This document shows, piece after piece, positions 49,309 to 59,136 of a DNA stretch of 64,000 nt. The notes beneath the pieces were generated by a model. It was not told the origin of the DNA. It did not search any database and worked only from the letters and a program-made list of their open reading frames with translations. The position numbers and the translations under genes were made by a program. Origin of the DNA: Limnothrix sp. BL-A-16 (GTDB lineage: Bacteria > Cyanobacteriota > Cyanobacteriia > CACIAM-69d); contig CP166615.1 in NCBI GenBank assembly GCA_041937175.2, positions 736,001-800,000 of the forward strand, written 5' to 3'. Positions within the stretch are counted from its first letter, which is position 1. Each line of letters begins with the position of its first letter.

Positions 49309-50220
49309 ATGAAAGTTTCCATCTGCGTTGCCACCTATAAACGACAAGATTTACTGCATCAACTGATCTTGAGCTTGCAGGCACTCAAGTTTGAGCAAAT
49401 TGCAACTCCTGAAATTGAAATCATTGTGGTTGACAATGATGCAAATGGGTCGGCGCGCGAAACCGTGTCCACTTGGCAAGAAAGCTCTTGTTGGCCCATT
49501 CGCTACGATATTGAAATGCGATCGGGTGTGACCTATGCCAGAAATCGCACCATTCAAAATGCGGCTGAAGATAGTAACTTCATCGCCATCATTGATGATG
49601 ATGAACAAGCTTGCCCATCTTGGCTGGAAGCACTTTTGACTGCGCAAGAGCAATTTCAAGCCGATATTGTGGGCGGGCCAATCTTGCCAGTTTTTCAATC
49701 CAATCAAGTACCCAACTGGATTCATCAGGGACAATTTTTTGCGCCTCCTGCCTATAAAACGGGTCAGAGCTTACATGTGGCTTTCACGAATAATGTGTTG
49801 CTCCCTGCACCTTACCTGAAGCAAATGTCCTGTGTTTTTGATGAGCGATTTGCGGTGGGAGGTGGAGAAGATACGCACCTATTTATGCGGCTCCATCAAG
49901 CGGGCTTAAAAATTGTTTGGTCAGCAGAGGCGATCGCCTATGAATCGATTCCAGCCAGTCGAACCACGTTCCAATGGTTGTTACGGCGTAACTATTGGGG
50001 TTGGAGCATCTACAGCTTGGTTGAAAAAGAACTCTATCCACAGCCCAAGATATTTCTAGTTCGGCTTTGTAAAGGGCTTGCGTTAATGATTTTGGGAATT
50101 TTGGCGCTGATTCCTGGATTGCTGCGAGGAAAGCATCATTTATATCGAGCTTGTATCCGAACGGCGCAGGGGGCGGGCACAATTATGGGATTACTGGGAC
50201 GCAGAACTACTTGGGTTTAG
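49309..50220 (+). CDS. GT2 glycosyltransferase (ExoM-like)
   Basis: VATYKR, VVDND, ARN, IDDDE, GGED. Confidence 0.9.
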   Translation: MKVSICVATYKRQDLLHQLILSLQALKFEQIATPEIEIIVVDNDANGSARETVSTWQESSCWPIRYDIEMRSGVTYARNRTIQNAAEDSNFIAIIDDDEQACPSWLEALLTAQEQFQADIVGGPILPVFQSNQVPNWIHQGQFFAPPAYKTGQSLHVAFTNNVLLPAPYLKQMSCVFDERFAVGGGEDTHLFMRLHQAGLKIVWSAEAIAYESIPASRTTFQWLLRRNYWGWSIYSLVEKELYPQPKIFLVRLCKGLALMILGILALIPGLLRGKHHLYRACIRTAQGAGTIMGLLGRRTTWV

Positions 50221-50408
50221 CGATAATCTAAGCTCAGTTGAATAAAATTTAGTGAAAAATTTTTGATATTACTAGAACCTGAGAACTAGCTCAAGATTTC
50301 AATCGAAATTGAGTGTGTAAATATCCTCAAAGATTGAATGCATGTTTGATAAATATTGATAAGCTTAGGTGAACGAAATCAGATGAATAAAAAATTTCTG
50401 AGGTTCCA

Positions 50409-50993
50409 GTGTCTTGGGAATTTGCAGAGCGTACTGAAGCATCAGCCCAAAATTTGTTGAAAATTGGAGAGGTGCGATCGCGCAGTGGTTGCTCCATTCA
50501 AACGATTCGCTACTACGAAAGTTTGGGACTGATCCAAGCGGTCGATCGAACGGCTGGCGGGTTTCGGTTGTTTGCACCGTCCACGCTCGATCGCTTGGCC
50601 TTTGTGAAGCAGGCTCAATCCTTGGGCATGAGTTTGCAAGACATCAGTGAGCTGCTGACGGTTTATGACAGTGGCAATGCTCCCTGTTCAACGGTGAAGC
50701 ATAAGCTGCGAGACAAGTTGGCAGATTTAGATCGTCGCATTCAATCGCTCCAGCGCTTGCGAGATGAGTTGCAATCCCTGTTGGCGGTGGCGGATGATTT
50801 GGAACAATCCCCGGGCAATATTTGTCCGATTGTGGAGCGAGCGAGTCGGCTGCATCAGGTGACGGAGGGTGTTGCTTTCGAGGCAGAGACTGTGGCTACT
50901 CAGGACTCATCAATCGCCCAGGCAATTCCGCCGCTGTCTGCCGCTGCTGGTTGCGGTGCGAATCGGGCGCTGAACTCCAGCACTGAACCCTAA
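50409..50993 (+). CDS. MerR-family heavy-metal-responsive regulator
   Basis: LKIGEV...TIRYYESLGL...R..GGFRLF, QSLGMSL.DI, conserved Cys in PC..V and ICPI. Confidence 0.88.
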   Translation: MSWEFAERTEASAQNLLKIGEVRSRSGCSIQTIRYYESLGLIQAVDRTAGGFRLFAPSTLDRLAFVKQAQSLGMSLQDISELLTVYDSGNAPCSTVKHKLRDKLADLDRRIQSLQRLRDELQSLLAVADDLEQSPGNICPIVERASRLHQVTEGVAFEAETVATQDSSIAQAIPPLSAAAGCGANRALNSSTEP

Positions 50994-51036
50994 AGCCGAT
51001 CGCGCCCTCTAAAATCTTCAAAATTGCCCGTTAAAA

Positions 51037-51750
51037 TTGCCCGTTGCAAGCTGCCGCCAGGATGGCGCAAACGTCATGCCCAGTCTTACTCGTGTTGCTA
51101 ACCGTGCTGCTATTGGTTGGGCCGTTGGTTTAGGGTTGGGGCTTGGCTTGCCGCTGGCAATTGTGCCCCGGGCGATCGCCCGGGAAGGGCCGCCCAAGAC
51201 CGAGCCGGTGCAGATGGCCGTGTCGCCGGAAGTGGAAACTTCGGCTTCGGAAGCGGCGGCGGCGGCCGTCACCAGCGGCAGCGATGCGCTGTCCGATCAA
51301 CCCTTGGGGGATCCGGTGGCTGTGGAACTGGAGCCAACCCGAATTTTTCGGCGAACGGGCTGCTTTGGCGATCAGCCCATGGCGACCGACAAGGAAATTC
51401 GTCAACAGGGCCTGACTCCGCCTAGCCTGTGGCTCACTCGGGATTTGCTGGGGGGAAAAATTGTCGATCGCTGGACAATCCACCGGGGTGATGAGCAGTT
51501 ACCGCCTTGGGTGGAAGTGACGTTTAATTTGCAACCTTGGAATAATTTGGAATACCCGCGCCAATATGCCTACCTGAATGAATTTGGGCGAGTGGCCAGG
51601 GAATATGGCTTTAATGTGCGGGTTTGCAATAGCTCGGGCGATGCGTTGGCGGCGCAGTTCTGTGACTGGTCGCAAATGCGGGCGGGGGTCACTTGTCCGA
51701 TTTATCTGCCGGGGGGATTTTCGGCGCGGGCACGATCGCGACTGTTTTAG
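51037..51750 (+). CDS. Conserved cyanobacterial exported hypothetical protein
   Basis: Signal/TM segment; LTPPSLW, W..L.Y..QYAY...FG..A..YGFNVRV. Confidence 0.65.
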   Translation: MPVASCRQDGANVMPSLTRVANRAAIGWAVGLGLGLGLPLAIVPRAIAREGPPKTEPVQMAVSPEVETSASEAAAAAVTSGSDALSDQPLGDPVAVELEPTRIFRRTGCFGDQPMATDKEIRQQGLTPPSLWLTRDLLGGKIVDRWTIHRGDEQLPPWVEVTFNLQPWNNLEYPRQYAYLNEFGRVAREYGFNVRVCNSSGDALAAQFCDWSQMRAGVTCPIYLPGGFSARARSRLF

Positions 51751-53176
51751 CGGGGTCGGTGGGCTTGGGATCCAGGCCGCCCAGGCCAATGCGCGATCGC
51801 CACTCGTCTCGCAGTTGGTGCAAAACGGTTCCCGGCTCCACAAAATCTAGCAAGTCCTTGGCGAGGGTGTCGGGGCCGTCCTCCCCCCAAGTGCAGCCCG
51901 CTTCCAGGGAGCTGCGGGTGGTTTTGGCGATCGCTAGGCTGCCAAAGGCCGCCGCCGCCGCCTGCACCAGGGCCGCCCCCAGATAGCCGCTGAAACCGTC
52001 GCTGCCCGCCTGGAGCGATCGCCCGTCATTTCCGCCCAAGAAACCGCCCCCCACTTCTCCGAGCAGCATGGCTCCCAAGCTGACCAAGCCTGTTTTCCAA
52101 AACGATTGCCAAGCCGATCGCACCAGGGGCAAACCATAGAGCCGCGACAGCGATCGCACCAAAAACCAATCCACCAACACCGCCGCGATCGCATCCAACA
52201 GCACAAAGGGACTGAGGGCCACGATTACGGCCTTCACTTGAATGAATCGCCAGGTTTGGGCCTCTGCGTCGTCGCGCAGGTGGGTAAGGGTTTTTTGGGC
52301 GATGGTTTGTTGGGCAGTGCGAGCCTGCATCAGGGCATTCAGGGCCAGCAGGGCTTCTCCTTCCCGATCGATGGTGGCCAAAATGGCCGATCGCAAGGCC
52401 TCAATCTCCGGTGGGGGCGACTCCCAACCGTAGGTCACTCGCCCATCGGGCCATTCTTCTCGCACTTGAATTGGGGCCGGTTCCGCCGCCGCCAGCACAA
52501 TTTCATCCACGGGCAAGAACGGATCCCAGCGACGTTCGGTGGGATGGTTGGGCGGGTGGGTCGGTGGGCGCTGGCCGGCCGCTTCCAACTGCATGAGCGA
52601 TCGCAGCCGCTCCACAATTGCCGGCCGCTCCGCTTCGGGAAACAAATCAATTTTGTTGAAGACCAAAATCAGGGGCTTATGGGCTTGGCGCAAGGTTCGC
52701 AAGGCCGCATATTCCACCTGGGTTAAGTCGCCAGCGGTGATGAATAGGATCAAGTCCGATCGCTCGGCCACTTCCCGCGAGAGTTCCGCGCGGCTTTCTC
52801 CGTCAATTTCATCCAGTCCCGGTGTGTCAATGAATTCCACCTCGATCGGTCGATCGCGCCCGGGAGGATGCCACCGCACCGATCGGGGCAATCGCGTCAA
52901 ACCATTCAGGGGCCCCGTTTCCAGCAGGCGTTCCCCCAACAGGGCGTTCAAAACGGCGGATTTGCCCCGGCTAACCAAGCCAAAGGCCGCAATTCGCACC
53001 ACGAATCGATCGAGCTTGTCGAGGGCCCCCGCCAACCGATCCAAATCCGGTTGAATCAGAGCATTCCACCGTTGTGAATCGCGAGTACCCAACTGCTCGA
53101 TCGCCCGTCGCAGGCTCGATCGGACGCGCTCAAATTGTTCCGACTGGGGCGCGTTCAAGGCTGTGAACTCATCCAA
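51689..53176 (-). CDS. GTP-binding protein with DUF697 domain
   Basis: GLVSRGKSA, DTPGLDE, NKID, C-terminal hydrophobic hairpins, GCTWG. Confidence 0.85.
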   Translation of the reverse strand: MDEFTALNAPQSEQFERVRSSLRRAIEQLGTRDSQRWNALIQPDLDRLAGALDKLDRFVVRIAAFGLVSRGKSAVLNALLGERLLETGPLNGLTRLPRSVRWHPPGRDRPIEVEFIDTPGLDEIDGESRAELSREVAERSDLILFITAGDLTQVEYAALRTLRQAHKPLILVFNKIDLFPEAERPAIVERLRSLMQLEAAGQRPPTHPPNHPTERRWDPFLPVDEIVLAAAEPAPIQVREEWPDGRVTYGWESPPPEIEALRSAILATIDREGEALLALNALMQARTAQQTIAQKTLTHLRDDAEAQTWRFIQVKAVIVALSPFVLLDAIAAVLVDWFLVRSLSRLYGLPLVRSAWQSFWKTGLVSLGAMLLGEVGGGFLGGNDGRSLQAGSDGFSGYLGAALVQAAAAAFGSLAIAKTTRSSLEAGCTWGEDGPDTLAKDLLDFVEPGTVLHQLRDEWRSRIGLGGLDPKPTDPAKTVAIVPAPKIPPADKSDK

Positions 53177-53403
53177 ATCAAACTAGTCGCCCCCATTGTA
53201 GAAGCGAGGCGATCGTCTCGTTGCATTGGCTCCCGAAAATTCAGCCCGCCCGCTCAGGCCAGAGCATCACCACCGTGAACAGTGCGGCCATGAGACCACT
53301 CCTGAAAAAACCATGAATTTTTAAAGATCATTTAGAAATCATCTAAAAATCATGAGGTTTGAACGACTCAGCGAACAATTCAGCGGCGGATTCCCTAACA
53401 CAA

Positions 53404-54390
53404 CTAATTCAACTGGGAAACGAACGGGAGCAGTAGGGTCGTGAAGTAATACACCAGGGGAGCCGTGAAAATGTAGCTGTCGGCGCGATCGAGAATGCCA
53501 CCATGGCCCGGAATTAAATTTCCGGAATCTTTGACCCCCGCATCTCGCTTCATCAGGGACTCAATCAAATCCCCGAGCAGACTGGAAACACCCACCAGCA
53601 GCCCCAGCAAGGGCCCCGTAATGAACCACAAGGGCCAATGGCAATAGGCCGCGCCCAGGGTTCCCACCAGCGCACTGCCCAACGTGCCGGCCAAAGAGCC
53701 TTCCACGGTTTTCTTGGGGCTGATGTCTGAGAGGCGGGTTTTGCCCACCCATTTGCCCATGATGTAGGCCCCAATATCGGCCGCCCAGATGCAGCAAAAG
53801 GCCAAAATCGTCACCATCAGGGCTTCGGGCCAGGCGGCCGAGTTCCAAGATTCGGGCCAGAACCCATTCAGCGGCAACCGGGCCACGGCTCCATCGTCCA
53901 AAGCCAACCCCGCCCCGACCCGCAGCCGCACCCAATAGCTGGGTAAATAGCCACAGTAAAACAGGCCCATCACCGAGCTGGATAGGTCGGCGATCGAGGC
54001 CATCTTGGGCATAAACAGCAAATAGAAACAAACCAGGGTGCTGGCGATCGGGACGATCGCATCGGCCACGGACGGCATCCAAGCCGAGGCGGCCACAATT
54101 GCCAAACAAGCAACGGTGACGGTTTTCACGGCGGGAACTGCCCCCTTGGCCTTCACTAGGGCGAAATATTCACCCAAACCCAGATAGACCAACAGGCCAA
54201 ACCCCGCCGTGAAATACCAGCCACCCAACACCAGCATGGTCAGGGCGATCGAGATTCCCACCACGGCACTGAAAATTCGCCGCCAGGGCCACCCGGCTAA
54301 TCGATCGCCCCAACTGCGGCCGGCATTGCCCTGGGCCGCTTTTGGCAAAGCAGACTTGATTGCAGCGGAACTTGATTCACTCAAAGACAT
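53404..54390 (-). CDS. cdsA: Phosphatidate cytidylyltransferase
   Basis: WAADIGAY, ISPKKTVEG, GDL.ES.MKRDAGVKDSG.LIPGHGGILDR.DS. Confidence 0.96.
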   Translation of the reverse strand: MSLSESSSAAIKSALPKAAQGNAGRSWGDRLAGWPWRRIFSAVVGISIALTMLVLGGWYFTAGFGLLVYLGLGEYFALVKAKGAVPAVKTVTVACLAIVAASAWMPSVADAIVPIASTLVCFYLLFMPKMASIADLSSSVMGLFYCGYLPSYWVRLRVGAGLALDDGAVARLPLNGFWPESWNSAAWPEALMVTILAFCCIWAADIGAYIMGKWVGKTRLSDISPKKTVEGSLAGTLGSALVGTLGAAYCHWPLWFITGPLLGLLVGVSSLLGDLIESLMKRDAGVKDSGNLIPGHGGILDRADSYIFTAPLVYYFTTLLLPFVSQLN

Positions 54391-54588
54391 GGGACGCAAC
54401 CAGCACAAGGACAGCAAGGGCGATCGCAGCGACCAAGAACTGCGACACAGGGTTAAGGAAACGGGGAACCGAGGTTAAGTTGGCCTTAATTAAGGATAAG
54501 GCAGTGCGCCTCGGTGTTGTGTGCCGTAGCCAACCAGGGCGATCGCCCTGAAACCGTCCTGATTCTGGGTTTGGACGCGATGGCCGGC

Positions 54589-55536
54589 TTAATTTCGGCT
54601 GACATGGCCATAGTCAATGCGGGCCCCGGCCCAAAGCAATTTCTCGCGTAGGGTGCGGTAGTAGGAATAGTTTTCCCGCAGAATCACAAACTTGGCCACA
54701 CAATCCGCCATCCGCACATCAATCCGCTGGCCAGGCCAAAGGGAAGCCCCAAAAACACCATCCATCCAAACTTTGGTGGCTAGCTCGTAATCCCCCAAGG
54801 GCCAAATGCTGACCACACAGCGGGGGGGCAACACAATCGGGCGGCTAGACAAACTGAGGGGGCAAATGGGGGTGACGGTGATGGCATCCAGGCCAGAATG
54901 GAGAATCGGCCCATTGGCGGAAACGGTATAGCAGGTGGAACCGGTGGGGGTGGCCACAATTAGCCCGTCACCGTGGTAGCGATCGACGATTTCGCCATCG
55001 ATTTCCACTTCCAGCATGGTGGTCATCAGGCGATCGTTGGAAATGGGCTTCACGCAAATTTCGTTCAGGGCCAGGAAGGTTTCCCCCACCGGTTCCGTAC
55101 CCTTGTAGCTGTTATCTTCCAAAGCGGCGAGGGTCTTCCCTTCAAAGACCTGCCCTTGCAACATCATCCGTTGTTGAACGGCGAAGCGATCGCTCTGGAG
55201 CCGTTCCCACACCGCTTGGGAGTTTTCAAATAGCTCAAAGGGTTCCGTTAAAAACCCCAAGTGCCCTCCCACGTTCACGGCCAAAATGGGCACTTGCTCC
55301 GGGGCCAGGTGGCGAGCCGCGGCCAACACCGTGCCATCCCCCCCCAAGACAATGGCCAGGTCGATCGGCTGGGTGACCGAAGCCAAAAACACCGGGTAGG
55401 GATTGTCTTTGGGGCCGCTGGGGCCCACGAGCGATCGCGCGCCTAGGGCATCCAGTTCCCGTGAGCAACGTTCTGCCCAGCCTTGGCTGCGAGAGTCTCC
55501 GGCTTTATAGATGATGATGACTTGTTTCAGATTCAT
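54589..55536 (-). CDS. nadK: NAD(+) kinase
   Basis: LGGDGT, GHLGFL, LNE, DGLIVATPTGST.Y..SA.GP. Confidence 0.95.
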   Translation of the reverse strand: MNLKQVIIIYKAGDSRSQGWAERCSRELDALGARSLVGPSGPKDNPYPVFLASVTQPIDLAIVLGGDGTVLAAARHLAPEQVPILAVNVGGHLGFLTEPFELFENSQAVWERLQSDRFAVQQRMMLQGQVFEGKTLAALEDNSYKGTEPVGETFLALNEICVKPISNDRLMTTMLEVEIDGEIVDRYHGDGLIVATPTGSTCYTVSANGPILHSGLDAITVTPICPLSLSSRPIVLPPRCVVSIWPLGDYELATKVWMDGVFGASLWPGQRIDVRMADCVAKFVILRENYSYYRTLREKLLWAGARIDYGHVSRN

Positions 55537-55817
55537 GGCAAAGGGGGAGTGATTCGGTGCAGGTCAGGGCGATCGGCCAAGAGAACGCAGAACAAGACGA
55601 GAACTTGGCCCTTGCACCATGTCTCTCTTGCACCATTTCTTTTTGTAGCGCTTCTGGCCAATGCGGAATGCTCGAATCGCACCACCATGCCACCGCAATT
55701 CAACCGTTGCGATCGGCCCTCATGATTTGGCTGCTGGCTGAGCTAGCTGCTGGATTCAGCCATCGGGTGATTAACCTGATTAACCCTTGATCAGTCTCTG
55801 ATTCGCCCCGATCGGGA

Positions 55818-57296
55818 TCAAGCCTGCTGAATCCACACCGACACCGATCCCCCGGCACAGCGGAACTCACCCCAGCCCCACTCGTTGGTGTAAACCAGTT
55901 CCTTCACGTGATCCGTTAGGTCATAGAACGTGGCGTTCGATCGCCCCGTTTCCATCCAAAGGCTGCTGGGGCCACCGTTGCTCAACACCACCGCCATGCT
56001 CAGGGGATGGGTGGCATCGCCTAACCGAGTCCAGCCGATCGTGTTGCTGCCGGAGAAGTAGTCATACTGAGGCCCCCAACCAAAGCGCCGACGGGCATAA
56101 AGAAACTTATCCAACAGCCAATTGTGTTTGGACAGGGAAACAGTGTGTTGATGGCCATCCCGTCCCCGATCGGTATATTCCGCGCCGTAATAGTCCCCAT
56201 AGAACACACAGGGATAGCCCTCCCGCCGCAGCAAAATGATCGCATAGGCAAGGGGTTTAAACCAAGCCTCCACAGGCGATTCCAGGGCTTGCAGCGGTTG
56301 GCTGTCGTGGTTGTCCACAAAGGTGACGGCCAAGGTGGGCTGCTGTTGCATCAGGGTGCGATCGAGAATGGTGCGTAGGTCATAGGCACTGCCCGATCGA
56401 CTGGCTTGGTGGAAGTGGTAGTGCAACGGCACGTCAAACAGCGACATCCGCCCCTCCGTGGCCGCCAAATATCGATGCAGGGCCTCCACGTCGTTTTCCC
56501 AATATTCCCCCACCGCGAACAGCTTTCGATGGGGACAGTGATGGCGCACCGCATCGAGCCACTCATTGAAAAAGCTCGATCGAATGTGTTTCACCGCATC
56601 CAACCGAAACCCATCCGTGCCCAGGGTGTCTTGGATCCATTGGCCCCAATGCACCAACTCCTGGCGCACCTCCGGGTGATGGGTATCCAAATCGCAAGCC
56701 ATCAAAAAGTCGTAGTTGCCATGGTGATGGCTCACTTCCGACTCAAAGACTTTGGGGCTGAGGCGATAAATGGCGCGATCGTTCGGATCATCGGCATTGT
56801 GGTTCACCGAGTCAAAACAGCGGGCATCCCACTTCATGGCCGAGTAGCGATCGCCCCGACCGGGAAAGGTGAACTTCGACCAAATGCTAATTTCCCGGGC
56901 CGCTCCCAACTCCCAATTGCGGTTATCGCTGGCGACGGGCGTGGCCCACACCGTTTCCGTGGCATCGCCCCCGTTTTTGTGATTAAACACCGTGTCCAAA
57001 TAAACCTGCAAACCCGCTGCCCGCGAGGCTTTCACCGCCGCGATCAGCTCTTCTTTTGTGCCATATTTGGTGCGAATGGTGCCTTTTTGGTCAAACTCGC
57101 CTAAATCAAACAGGTCATAGGTGCTGTAGCCCACATCAGAACTGCTGGTGCCCTTATAAACCGGCGGTAACCAAAGGGCTGTGATCCCCTTTGCGGCCAA
57201 CTCCCGAGCTTGATCCTGCACCTGACCCCAAAGGGAGCCATCGGCGGGGCAGTACCACTCGAAGTACTGCATGATGACACCGTTTGTTTCTACCAT
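55818..57296 (-). CDS. amyA: Cytoplasmic alpha-amylase (GH13, liquefying type)
   Basis: MQYFEW, YDLFDLGEFDQKG, DGFRLDAVKH, VGEYW, FVDNHD. Confidence 0.93.
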   Translation of the reverse strand: MVETNGVIMQYFEWYCPADGSLWGQVQDQARELAAKGITALWLPPVYKGTSSSDVGYSTYDLFDLGEFDQKGTIRTKYGTKEELIAAVKASRAAGLQVYLDTVFNHKNGGDATETVWATPVASDNRNWELGAAREISIWSKFTFPGRGDRYSAMKWDARCFDSVNHNADDPNDRAIYRLSPKVFESEVSHHHGNYDFLMACDLDTHHPEVRQELVHWGQWIQDTLGTDGFRLDAVKHIRSSFFNEWLDAVRHHCPHRKLFAVGEYWENDVEALHRYLAATEGRMSLFDVPLHYHFHQASRSGSAYDLRTILDRTLMQQQPTLAVTFVDNHDSQPLQALESPVEAWFKPLAYAIILLRREGYPCVFYGDYYGAEYTDRGRDGHQHTVSLSKHNWLLDKFLYARRRFGWGPQYDYFSGSNTIGWTRLGDATHPLSMAVVLSNGGPSSLWMETGRSNATFYDLTDHVKELVYTNEWGWGEFRCAGGSVSVWIQQA

Positions 57297-57788
57297 GACC
57301 GTTCTCTCCGCTTCCTGGGCTGGCCCTTATCCATGACTGTAGGCCGATCGCCCAGAACTCAGCCCGGTAGTTTGCACAAACTTAAACTCTTTCAGAAAGG
57401 GGGCTATTGAACGGATTGGTCGCGATGGCTTTGAGGGTGGTGGTAGCGGTTAGGGTGTTAGCCCACAGTTCCAGGACTGCGGCAGTAAAAATGCCATTGA
57501 GGACTTCTCGAAAATCAACTTCTATCGAATGTCCAAAGCCTTTAGGAGCGGGCAGCAGTAGTAATGGCTAGAGAAGTGCCCACTCATCATCGCTCAAGTC
57601 ACTGGGATCAGCTTTGCGGGTGGGATTGGCCATGACCGGGAGACGACTCATGAGCCGGGTGATGCTTCAGATAGGGCTAGCCTAAAACCGAATTTAGAGC
57701 TACCCAGTCGATTTTAGCTTCTCTTAATCAATAGCAATTAGCTCTTATGGCTAGTGTCGGTAATAGTTTCCTTGCTTTCAAAAAAAGT

Positions 57789-59069
57789 CTATGACTTAAT
57801 CGGCAGTTGAATCCGAAATTCAGCGCCTTGTCCTGGCTCCGATTCAACGGTCAAACTGCCACCATGTTTATCAACTACGATTTGTTGGGCGATCGCGAGA
57901 CCTAATCCAGTCCCTTTGCCCACAGATTTTGTAGTGAATAAGTGATCAAAAATTCTCGACTTTACCTCTGCACTCATCCCTTTACCATTATCTTGAATAG
58001 CAATTTGTACCTGATCGCTCACCAAAGTCGTGCTGATCGTAATCCGTTGAGGATTAACTTCTAATTCCTTGAACGATCGCCCCTGGGCCAGCTCGTCAAA
58101 CATATCGATCGCATTAGCCAGGATATTCATAAACACTTGGTTGAGTTGCCCCGGAAAGCAATCGATCGGCGGTATTTCACCATAGTCAGTGATTACCTCG
58201 ATCTCCGGTCGGTTCGCATTCGCCTTGAGCCGATATTTTAAGATTAATAGAGTGCTATCAATCCCTTCATGCAAGTTTGCACTGACCTTATATTCCGTAT
58301 CCGCCCGGGAAAAAGTACGCAAGCTGGTACTAATCGATTTGATGCGATCGGTTGCCCCTTGCATGGAATTGAGTAATTGGGGCAAATCTTCGCAAATATA
58401 TTCTAGGTCGATATCATTCGTGTGATCTTGAATTGGAGAAACTGGACTAGGATAATACTGCTGATAAAGGGCTAAATGGTTGAGCAAGTCTTGCACATAG
58501 TCTCTACCATTATTAATGCTGCCATTTAAAAAACTAATCGGATTATTAATTTCATGGGCAACCCCAGCTACTAACTGTCCTAGGGCAGACATTTTTTCGC
58601 TTTGGATTAATTGCATCTGGGAGGCTTTGAGTTCAGTAGTTTTTTGAGCTACCTGTTGCTCTAGAGTTTGGGCCAAATACCGAAGCTGGAGATGGGTTTT
58701 TACCCGAGCTAAAACTTCCTGCTCCTGGAAGGGTTTAGTAATGTAATCTACGGCTCCTAGATCAAGGGCCCGAACTTTGCTATTGAGATCAGAAAGAGCA
58801 GTCATGAAAATTACAGGAACATCAGCCGTTCGAGAATTTGCTTTCAGACGGCGACAGGTTTCAAAACCATCAATACCCGGCATCATCACATCTAGTAAAA
58901 TTAAGTCTGGTAGCTTTCGTTCTACTTGCTGCAAGGCCCGTTCGCCGCTAGTAGCGATCGCTACATCAAATCCCATATCACTTAAAGTGTCAGACATTAC
59001 ATCTAAATTACTGGGAATGTCATCTACAATTAAGATTAAGCCCGTCACCACATTTGCTGCCATATTCAT
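57789..59069 (-). CDS. Receiver + histidine kinase hybrid
   Basis: IVDD...LLDVMMP...KP receiver; AHEINNP H-box; N, G1, F and G2 boxes. Confidence 0.93.
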   Translation of the reverse strand: MNMAANVVTGLILIVDDIPSNLDVMSDTLSDMGFDVAIATSGERALQQVERKLPDLILLDVMMPGIDGFETCRRLKANSRTADVPVIFMTALSDLNSKVRALDLGAVDYITKPFQEQEVLARVKTHLQLRYLAQTLEQQVAQKTTELKASQMQLIQSEKMSALGQLVAGVAHEINNPISFLNGSINNGRDYVQDLLNHLALYQQYYPSPVSPIQDHTNDIDLEYICEDLPQLLNSMQGATDRIKSISTSLRTFSRADTEYKVSANLHEGIDSTLLILKYRLKANANRPEIEVITDYGEIPPIDCFPGQLNQVFMNILANAIDMFDELAQGRSFKELEVNPQRITISTTLVSDQVQIAIQDNGKGMSAEVKSRIFDHLFTTKSVGKGTGLGLAIAQQIVVDKHGGSLTVESEPGQGAEFRIQLPIKS

Positions 59070-59136
59070 GGCGCTTTCCTCCTTTTTAGCTTTGCTAATA
59101 CTTTTCTAGGCTTTTAGAAAAATCCTATTAAAACTC

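Noticed and set aside
57530..57630. IS200/IS605 end remnant
   Set aside because: Only vague hairpin similarity and no tnpA/tnpB sequence
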